A DNA stretch of 64,000 bases from Marsupella aquatica (taxonomy: Eukaryota > Plantae > Marchantiophyta), in contig OZ316891.1 in the NCBI GenBank assembly GCA_973895155.1, positions 28,525,145 through 28,589,144 on the forward strand, given 5' to 3'. A model generated the notes under the pieces. The model searched no databases and was not told where the DNA came from. It was given only the letters and a program-made list of their open reading frames with translations. Each line of letters begins with the position of its first letter. Position 1 is the first letter of the stretch. A program made the translations under genes and the position numbers. Below, piece by piece: positions 51,023-60,583 of the stretch.

Positions 51023-54000
51023 CTTCTGTCTCAAGTTTAGAACGTCAAATTAAAGATTCCATGGATTGTTTTATTACTAACGATTGTAATAAGAATTAAA
51101 GAATAGGAGTTCGATCCATATATTGGATCGAGTAGATATTGTTTAGATCTCGTAGCAAATAAGTAAAATCTGAACTTGTACGAAATCTAGTGGGGTTTGT
51201 GTTCAAATGTGAAGAAAGGAGAAAGAGAATCAAAACAAGTAGAGGTGAAAAATAGTTCAAGGAGTAAAGTGTGTTCCATCCTTAAACAACCAGAATTTGT
51301 TCCCGTTAAGAGTTTGTGAGACCTAAACGATCATTCTAGTACACTTTGAGATGTTGAAGCCAACATTTCTCAAGTTGGGAAAAGTTTTCTGACATTTTCA
51401 AGTCTTGAGTAGTTTAAATACTTAACTCAGTTATTGCAATGTTATATCCATAGTGCAAGAACAAAAGCTAAATTAATACACTAGGAATGGTCTAATCATA
51501 GATATACTATGCCATACCCAGATCGCATCCCGCACGTAACCCCTAGCGGCCGATGAATTCACTATTTTCCACCACTGTCTTCATTGAGGTCCTCCATTGT
51601 TCTGGGGTGAAATCTGCACGGCCTTGGAAAACCTGCGTGGACAGTAAACATTTCAATCATTCACTGTAATATGCATGAAAGATGCATGAAGTAAATAGAG
51701 TATGGAGATTCCTACTGCGATGCTGTAATTCGATGATCACATCACCAATCAGACGTTGATCTTGCATTAAAGCATGCTTCGTTTAGGGTCGGAGGTAAAC
51801 GGGGATGGCTGGCCAGCCTTGGGTTCAGATGATGATTAGTTTCAACGTTCTCGCCTGGGTTGCATTGTATGGTGGGATGGAAGTTGCCCGGCCGGGCTTG
51901 GAAAGGAATACATGGAGGGGTTGGTGTCGAGGTTGGGGAAACATCTGTCCATTCAGTCGAGTACAACACCTGTGAACAGATTTACATTGGAAACAATTAA
52001 TCATACGTGCATACTATATAATTTAACAAGAAATAGTATGCATTCGATCTATACATCTGAGAATTGTCCAAAGAAATAGGTACGTATTAACTTCCTGTAC
52101 TCAACAAGCGATCGCGCGAACTTTCAATGAACAACAGTCGACCTCCTCAGCCGTCGTTGTAAGGGCCCATCGTGGACTTTGGTACCAAAGTCCATCATCT
52201 GTTGTGTGCTTCTTGCGGAGGTGGAGAATTGAACATTGGAAATGGGAGATGCAGTGCCTTTGTCACCGTTTTGTAACCGAACGAGGAATGATTGTTTCCG
52301 CGGAAGAAAAACAATCCATCTAAAGTGGTGGGACGATTGACGTGTGCCTTATCTCCATGAAATCCGTAAACGGTATTTTGCCACATAGGATGCCTTCCTC
52401 AAAATCAGGCAAGCCATTACTTCTGCAAGTTTTGGCTTTGGATTCTGGAGGCGTGGCATGCGGTTGTCTCCTCCGAAGTAGTGGACTGCCCTTCACATAA
52501 ATCCAAAGTGCGTGGACTTATTGAGTGGGGGAAATTAAATCACACTAGTACATTTTGAGGCATTTTACCGATTGTATTTCCATCGGACGCCTTCAGGAAA
52601 TCCGACGTGGAAATCTCGCCTGTCCGATAACAAAAGAATCGCATTTTGCGATGTAATTTGCATTGAAAAATGATAATCGGAAACCAATCGGAACTACCGA
52701 TACTAAAACATTCGGTAGTTCCATCCTCTAAACTGTTGGGAAACACTATCTCCGATGCCCGTTTAATCAGATGTCTGTTCCGCGCATTTTCTGTTAACGG
52801 AGGCGTTCGATTCTATTCCGATAGTCTGGACATGGAAATGTCCAATTGTTTTAACATCGCAAATGTCCAATTTGTTTTGGAACGGAAATTGCGATTATAG
52901 TGGAATCGGACTTTGCGATACTTTGGGGATGGAAAAGTACGATGAGTGTGGCATCGGATATGGATCGGTATCTATCGGAAACTATTTGGCAAGCTTGATT
53001 GGGCCGATTTTAAATGGGGGGCTAATTGGGGGTTTAATTGGGGTGCAATTTAATTCTTTAACTGAATTTTTATTTAGGGTTTAGAGAGGTCATTTAAACA
53101 CGATTTTGGACCGACCGAGAAGTGTGTCGGAGTTCTCGTTTAGCCCAATCTCGTTTTTTTCTAAGGCAATGCAATGACCGATAAAACTGGAAAAAACTCT
53201 CCGAAACGCCACTTTCCTCCATTGCATCACCGCGGGAATGCAGGGAGCGATACGTGCATCGGGTTTTACATTCCGTCAGTGAAAAAGTCCGAACTGCGAG
53301 TAACTTGGTCCGAACCGCGTAATCCAGGAACGACCATGCACTAACCCAGGTAAAGGGGAAACTTAACCATGGTTAAGGGGAAATTAACCATGGTTTAGAG
53401 CGTCTCTTATATAAAGAGGAGCGGGCTGCCCATAAAACGTTTGCTTTCGCCAGAGCAAATATCTCCTGACTGAGAGCGAATACCAAACTCCCATCAAGTC
53501 TTACATTCCTCCCAAGCGATTCGACTCTTTCTACCAAAAACCCGATAAATTTATCGGAACAGCCATTCATGTTCAAGTTCTCCATGTAAGACTAACTAGT
53601 CATTTAGTGTAAAATGTCCAGATCCGAGCGGACTGCAATAAATTTATCGCATTCTGCATTCCTCTGTTGCAATCATTTGATCCAGTGTTTAGAGAGGTGT
53701 TTCCTTCATTCCGATAAATTTATCGGAGTCTTCATTCCTTTCATGGAAAGAGGAGTAATTGAGAATCTGATAAATTTATCGGAGTTGTCATTTTTGTGAA
53801 AGATTGAATTCAGGGGTTAGGTGCTTGAGGAAGTCATATTTTCAATTCGAATGCGGAGTGCGATAAACTTATCGCATCCTCCTGTGAGAATCATTTTCCT
53901 TTGTTTTGTTTGGAGACTCATCTTCATCTCTGATGTCGCAGTGTTGTCGGGTTTAGGAGGCACAACGGAAGGTCGATTGCACTCCGTGGACAACAGGTAT

Positions 54001-54532
54001 TGTGACAAATGGTTGTCTTCCTTGAAAATCGTGTCAAACATGCACGCCGGTTGTACAAGAGACTCGTGCGACTCAAAGTTCTCCCCATCGGTATAGGAGC
54101 ATTGTGGATGGGTGGTAGTGATCCTGGAGATAGGCAAAATCCTCTCCGCATTGAATTCTGCGGAATGAATGATGCAGGAGTTCCAATTTGTTCGAGGTTG
54201 ATGTTAACGGCGTGTTTACATTCTTTGGAGTTTTCTTGTAACTATTGTTGTCGTCGTCTTGACAACAAGTACCACAAACAGGCTCACTTCTGTTGTAAGA
54301 TTTGGAACGAAGACCCTTGGGTGAACCTTTCACGATGAGTGTTTCGACCTTTGCATTGAGGCGCGTCTTGTAAGGACATATCTAAATAAACAAGTCCTAC
54401 CCTTGCGCAGCGAATATAATACGTCACAAGTCCTAATCGTTAAACTGTCGTGCAGGGTTGGTATTGTGGATGTGTTTGGTTACACCTGGTGATTGAAGGT
54501 ATTTTTATTGGTGGTTTTGGTAGCTCTGCTTC

Positions 54533-55081
54533 ATGGCTGCATCGGAGAATCTAATCGTTGCAAAGATGGGATCCGTTTTAGCCCACGAGCGTAGGAAATA
54601 TATTCGAGGAAAAGTGCCCGGTGTGGAATGCGGAAGTTTGTTGAATGGACTTCTCGATGAACTCGTTGAATCTCACATTTGGCCCCTCCTAGCCTTGTCT
54701 TGCACACAAGATGAACACCTTGGCCTTGACCTAAAACTTCTACCAGAAGAACGACTGACTCGAATGAGAACAATCATTTGTCTTGGAGCCACCTCAAAGA
54801 AATGGAACCATCTTGTTGTTGGTACACAATTTTGGGCGCTATTGAAATATGCAGTCCGTGAGATCAATGACATAAACAAAATGCTCGCAAGCATTCCTAA
54901 TGCCGACCTTCTCTCAAACATACATATTGCTAGGGTCTTCCGAGAGGAAACTCATTTCCTCCCTCCCATAGATATGCTTGGGTGCTTTTCGTATGAGCAG
55001 TTAGATCAGTTTCGTAGAGTTTGGATAAATCTTGGAGAAAGCGGGAAGCGGACAATTCTTGCATGGCATGGACAAGTCTGA
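54533..55081 (+). CDS. Transposon cargo protein, 182 aa, F-box-like N-terminal motif
   Basis: Open ATG-to-stop ORF; LLNGLLDELVESHIWPLL...LGATSKKWNHLV...FW resembles an F-box pattern (by eye only). Confidence 0.5.
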   Translation: MAASENLIVAKMGSVLAHERRKYIRGKVPGVECGSLLNGLLDELVESHIWPLLALSCTQDEHLGLDLKLLPEERLTRMRTIICLGATSKKWNHLVVGTQFWALLKYAVREINDINKMLASIPNADLLSNIHIARVFREETHFLPPIDMLGCFSYEQLDQFRRVWINLGESGKRTILAWHGQV

Positions 55082-55396
55082 GTGGATGAGGCATTGCTGT
55101 GAACATCCGATAAATTTATCGCACTCCTCATTCCTCTAGTCGATTTTGGGTGCTCTAAGGTTTTCTCGAGAAGAGCTTGTAAAGAAACACTTTGAATGTA
55201 ACTGACTCTGCCTCCCCTGACTCCGGGTTGTGTGGTCCAGAGTGTATTTGTTTGCGCCTCTTCGGACGATTAGCTGACAAGTGCATTGGCTTCACAACCC
55301 ATTATACAAGGTACTGTAAAGTTGGATGAAACTTGTAGAATTGTAATTAGTATGTTCTCCAAAAATTATTCCTGATTTCTATTCGGTGATCAGGCC

Positions 55397-56110
55397 ATGC
55401 TCGAGCGACACATTTTTGTACCCTACCCGGATCCTCCAGAATGGGGGAATGGAGCCATGCTAGACCAGCTAGGGAGGCTGGATGAGTCACTAATTTTAAA
55501 GATATGCAGGCTGGTAGTAAAACCATTTTACCATAACGCATTTCACTTCTACGTAGATCAGGTAGGGGGAGAAATTTATATTCGGTGGGATAGATATGTT
55601 GGATTTTCTAGAAGAGTTATCCTACTCTTTCTGAAAACCGGTGCAGTAAGACATTTTATACTCCACTGCTGTCATGTTGTGAAGGGCAATCCTGCTTATG
55701 AGCCAGAATTCTATGCCGACAACAGACGTAGAGCATTCGATGAGATTCAGGATGTGATTGACGAGCTGGACAATCCTCTTGCCACCGAGTTTTTTATTGA
55801 CACTGGTGGGAAACTATATTCATACAAGATTCGTCAACTCCCCCCCCAGCCGGTCTGTGCGCTCTTTAACTTGATCTATGTAAATTGCCTGTGGACGAAC
55901 GTCCTTGCCAGTGGTGAGATCTGTCCATGCTGCACAAATGCTTATTGTGACATTCCGTCACGCCGGTATTCAGTAGCAGTAGTGAATCCTGAGACTGGTG
56001 AAGTTGATTTCCATTGGCTGTGGGGTTATGATCATCGCGTCACTCATATTCCCCAATGGCCCAAGAAGCGGATCAAACGCTTTGCTCTGGCGAGGTTCAA
56101 CTATGATTAG
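55397..56110 (+). CDS. Transposon cargo protein of unknown function, 237 aa
   Basis: Long ATG ORF with protein-like composition and a Cys cluster (CPCCTNAYC). Confidence 0.55.
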   Translation: MLERHIFVPYPDPPEWGNGAMLDQLGRLDESLILKICRLVVKPFYHNAFHFYVDQVGGEIYIRWDRYVGFSRRVILLFLKTGAVRHFILHCCHVVKGNPAYEPEFYADNRRRAFDEIQDVIDELDNPLATEFFIDTGGKLYSYKIRQLPPQPVCALFNLIYVNCLWTNVLASGEICPCCTNAYCDIPSRRYSVAVVNPETGEVDFHWLWGYDHRVTHIPQWPKKRIKRFALARFNYD

Positions 56111-58007
56111 GGTTTAGGTTTAGGGGTTAAGGTTTTGGATTTAGGGTTCCATAGCTGATTCTTCGACCTGTACACTCGGCCGTCAATTTAAAGAAGGCTC
56201 ACTTTTGCGATAATTGTATCGGTCTCTTTGTCCTTGTGTGATGAGATGTCGTGTCCACATGTGCTGTGAGATTGGCGGCAATAATTTTATTGCTCTTTGC
56301 ATTGGAATTTGTTTATTTGCAGACTTTGCCATGGCTGCTAGTGGAAAGAGTGGATCTGCTGAGGCAGAAAGTCTCATGACAAGCCTCACCAATGCAATTT
56401 GGACGAGTGAAGACATTTGTGAAGAGGTCAAGTGTATCAAGAAGTCATGGTACTTCCGTGACACCAGATTACAGTCCACGGGTTTTGAAGATTGTGCTAC
56501 CCCAATCCTTTGGGTCCAGTTGCAAAAATTGGCGAAGGTTAATGTTTCGTATGGCCCTGTTATTGCTATTGCCGTCGTCGAGTTCATGGTTGGCCACGGG
56601 GAGGGAAAAGTGTTGACAGAGGGCCTTAGTTTCTTGACAATGTGTGGGCGCAAGGGTTTCACATCTCTCATTGTTACTCTCGATAACTTTGATGAGAAAT
56701 TGATGGACAGTTATCCAGAAGATCCCCTTGTTGCCAAAGTTCGGGCAACAAGAGAGATGAATGTTATGGGTTTGGCTTGGATCGGCCAGTATGTGCAAGA
56801 TTGTGATGCCATCATGCTTCCAAGGGTGAACGCAGAGTACAAGAGACTTGTGGGTGAAGAGTTCAAACCTGTCCGCAAAATTGTTTTCAAGAAACCAGGT
56901 TCAGGTGGCAGCGGTGGTTCTAATGCCGATAAAATGTCAGGGCGGAAAGAACCATTGCAATCCTCTACACATATTGACGTGGACGAACCTACAACTTCTG
57001 GTCGGGTTTCGGGAAGTGGAAGAGGGAAAGGGAGAGGTAGCGGTAGGGGAGATGCCGCGGGAACCTCTGACGGTGGGAAGAAGAGCCAGGAAACTGGCGG
57101 TAGTGGGAGAGGCCGGGGCAACCGTCGAGGACCATCCGTTAAACCAAGCGAAAGTAAAGGATCCGAGGGATCCGGGCCATCTGGTTTCGGACTTAGCACA
57201 AAGAGGAAGAGGACTGGCTGGACTAAGACGGTGGCTGCAGAAGTAGATAGAGCTCCGTCAATTCCATCAGTTCCAGTTGCGGTTCCTGCGGCGCCATTGG
57301 TAAGTACTACGTCGTTGTACTGTTTAACAAATACAAAATCCGATAAAAATCTCACTGTTTATTTCCTGAATTGCGGATTGTGGAGTTATGTTGAACAAAT
57401 GCGAACTCCGATAAAAATCTCGCAGTTTCTTTCCTTAATTGAATTTGCAACGCTTTTGTAGGCTGATCAGGAGGAGGAGACGGCTCTTTTGATGTATGAG
57501 ACGGACGCGATCAAGGCAGAGCTCAGTCTTCTGATGCAACGAAGGGTGCAAAGGACAACTGTGCTTCTGCATGTCAACAATCTCATATTTGATGAGGAGG
57601 GGGATTTGTCAACTTTGATTAGACCAGTGGATAGATTGCATGTGGAAAATATCAAGATACTACTCATGAAAAACCCCACCAACTTCAGTGCCCCGTTCGT
57701 GCTGTGTGTGGATCCGAAGGATTGTCCCACAACCGCAGATTGAGACATCCTGAAGTCAAGGGTATGGAAGTATAGAATTATTGGAGGGAATCATGGTGCT
57801 CGGGCAAAATGTACGGGAAGCAAATATATGGTGAGCTGGAAGCTTGGGTTTACGCTGGGCTTACGAGATCCGAGGTCCGAAAGTTAGGCTTCCAGCATAA
57901 CTATGACCAGGAGTCTCAGAAGAACATGACTAAAATTGACCAAGTTCGCGCTTGTCACAATATTTTCCTTGAAATGGGTGTGGGCTCGACTAAAGATGTC
58001 CGCGAAG

Positions 58008-58354
58008 GGTCAATTGCAAGCTTGAGGGGGGCAAAAAGGATATCCAATTTCTCCACCAAAAGGATTCTAGTCCTTCCCAATTTACAAGGGGTGGACAAGG
58101 TGTTACAGCAAATGGCTAGGATTAGTTTGTTGAGATTGGATGGTGAGATCTTGCATGCCAAGTCTTTGGAAGTGTGTCCAGGCTTTTAGGAAGTCCCAAT
58201 CTTCTTGGAAGTGTGCACAACAATTTTGGAAGTGTGTCAAACCTTTATGGAAGTGGTGTTCAACTAAATCTTTATGATCTTTGAGTCCTTTTTCTCTCCT
58301 TTTTGAGCTAATCCTTTTTGTGTCCTTTTGCCCCCCTCAATCTTGCAATTGACC
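58008..58354. mobile_element. 347-bp MITE with ~34-bp TIRs and a 4-bp TSD (GAAG)
   Basis: Left ggtcaattgcaagcttgaggggggcaaaaagga matches the reverse complement of right tccttttgcccccctcaatcttgcaattgacc; GAAG at 58004-58007 and 58355-58358. Removing it restores ...KDVREACCQEC. Confidence 0.92.
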
Positions 58355-58889
58355 GAAGCATGTTGTCAAGAATGCATGATGGAGTACACGCCAGGAGTTC
58401 GTGACTCCATGGCCAAACATGATCCGGCTTTCCAAATTGCTTTCCGAACAGGTGAAATTTGGGATCTTCAGGAGCAGATTTTCCAGATGTGGGAGAAAGG
58501 TATTGTCTTAGGACAACCCAAAAAAATTGTGGCAACGACGAACGCAAAGGGAAAGGTAAAACCTTTGACGGTAAGGGAGATTAAAATGAATAAACTTGCT
58601 GGTGACCTCAACTTAAATTCATTTCGAGGTCTCCAAGGACTGTCAAATAAGGAGCATGTCAAGCGTCTCTTGAACAGGGTTATCGGGAAGGTGATCACTT
58701 TGGATCAAATGCACAAGGAAGGTGAGAAGTTGAAAAAGCTTGCCAAGGTGAAGAAACTATTTTTGCAGATATCTAGTCAGCCAGATTGGGCAACATGCAG
58801 AGAAATGTTTCCCAACGAAACAGATGTCTCGGTCCTTGGCATATGGGCGGAGAAATTGAGTGACGCGGTAAGCATTCCTCTCACAACAT

Positions 58890-59075
58890 GCTCTATCGCG
58901 AGATTTTTATCAGCTTTAGCATTCCTTTGTTGGTTTCTAAGCGATTGCATCTATCAGCTAGCGTGCTCCATCGCGAGATTTTTATCGGCTTTAGCATTCC
59001 TTTGTTGGTTTCTAAGCGATTCCATCTATTGGCTAGCGTGCTGCATCGCGAGATTTTTATCGGCTTTAGCATTCA
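58890..59075. repeat. 75-bp tandem repeat (~2.5 copies) in the last intron of the ParB-MTase gene
   Basis: atcgcgagatttttatcRgctttagcattc... occurs three times, each unit carrying a palindrome variant. Confidence 0.9.
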
Positions 59076-60583
59076 TCTCACGCTATTCTAACTGTAGATG
59101 TGTTTGACATTTTTACAGCTGAAGATTAATTCAAAAAGGAAAAGCAAAGTGGTTCCGGCTGTCACTTATAATTCTGCGGGGGAGGTTATTGTTCCCTCAA
59201 CTGAAATCCCTTATGTGTTTAAGAATTTTGTGCTTGCTGCAATCGATAAGTACAATCGTCTGAGGTCCTTAGGCGAGGGCACAGCAGAAGCGTTTGAACA
59301 AACATGGAAAAATGCAGACGGGGATTCTTTTCCCTACTATCTCCATGTTGGTGATGTTCAAATTTTGGATTCTTTTGTTCAGCCAAGGGCTTACACCCTT
59401 GCGGTTGCGGATATTCCGTATGGTTTTAATGCTCCTGGTTCGGAGTTTGATGAAGTGGCCTTCACAGAAAAGGATATTTTAGACATGTTGACAAGTTTCT
59501 CAAAGATGACAACCGCTAAGCAGTGGAGGTTTGTTGTGATCCATTCACTACAACAAACGCATATGGTGATGTCTGCACTGGAGAGTGTATGCAACTGTGG
59601 GGTCGAGGCTGGAATCTGGGAGAAGACTAACATTCATGAGCGTCCCGCTGGAGCTCAATTGGCGTGGGGTTTTGAGAACTGGTCGATAGGTTTCTATAGC
59701 GAGGAAGACATTTGGAACATGAACATGTACAATTTCCAACCGGATGAGTCTCGCGTCAATATCATCAAGGTTCCATGTGTAACCAAGAAGTTCGTTGATC
59801 TGTTGGGATTTGTTGTGAACCCATATCAGAAGCCTGTTGGGTTTGGGGGCTTGGTTTGTTTCCCATTTCTCTGAGAAAGAGGATTGGGTTATTGATCTTT
59901 GTTGTGGAACCGGATCGACATTAGCTGCTACGCTCCTCAATTCTCGCCAGGGTTGTGCTGTTGATAAGAGTTCTGCGCAGATTGATTTTGTAAAATCCCG
60001 GATCATGATTCTGGAGTCAAACTGGAATTTATATGAAGAATCCCAGATTGAAGGGCACGGCGTTGAAGGTCATGAGATTCAACCACCAATTGCAGGCCAA
60101 TTGGGTGTTCTCGGGACATCAACTTATGTAGTTGAGGTCGTGAAGGAGACCGAAGAGGAACAAGAAGAAACTGAGGAAGAGCCTCCCAGAACACCAAATG
60201 AGGATGATCTCAACGACATGTTATTAGATTAGTTGCGTGTGCTCGTTAGGATAATGTCAATCACCAATGGAGTTGTCGATAAATTTATCGGATTCTGTAT
60301 TCCATGAGGAAGAACCTTTGTCACATTTATTAATGCGATAAATTTATCGGACTTTGCATATATCAGACTGTCGCGGTGTTCTAGCTGGGGGAATGGAGTT
60401 GTCGATAATCTTATCGGACTTAGCATTGTATTCTCTAACTGGTTTGTCATTGCAATTATTTCAAAAAAAAAGATATCATTATAGCTGCGAAGTACATAGT
60501 CCCAGAACGATAACCACTGTACATATTCATGGGAACGATAACCATTATAACTTAAACCTACAACTAGCTTCGACTATCAACGA

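Larger units (their letters stand above)
10379..51190. other. Large mosaic nuclear insertion of liverwort mitochondrial DNA (NUMT)
   Basis: Dense mitochondrial genes, tRNAs and group II introns, flanked on both sides by spliceosomal-intron genes and nuclear TEs. Several genes are truncated at internal junctions. The right boundary is uncertain (51,158-51,190). Confidence 0.9.
56331..60232 (+). pseudogene. ParB/Srx-like domain fused to a beta-class N6A/N4C DNA methyltransferase; exons 56331-57299, 57462-58867, ~59119-60232
   Basis: ParB-like RPVDRLHVENIK...PFVL...YRIIGGNHGARA...VYAGLT..E...HN. MTase motif IV DIPY precedes NPYQKP and motif I DWVIDLCCGTGSTLAA...R...AVD. Lesions: TGA at 57741, frameshifts near 57806 and 59840, and a MITE insertion. 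Confidence 0.8.

Noticed and set aside
10361-51244. NUMT as a transposon-like unit with a target-site duplication; also the inverted cctctacttg/caagtagagg pair in the flanks
   Set aside because: No direct repeat flanks the insert, and the 10-bp inverted match is offset and could be chance.
51480-52540. Minus-strand exon-like fragments right of the NUMT
   Set aside because: Probably a decayed gene or TE, but no family motif was recognisable.
56183-57355. Minus-strand ORFs of 162 and 214 aa
   Set aside because: They are antisense shadows of exon 1 of the ParB-MTase gene.
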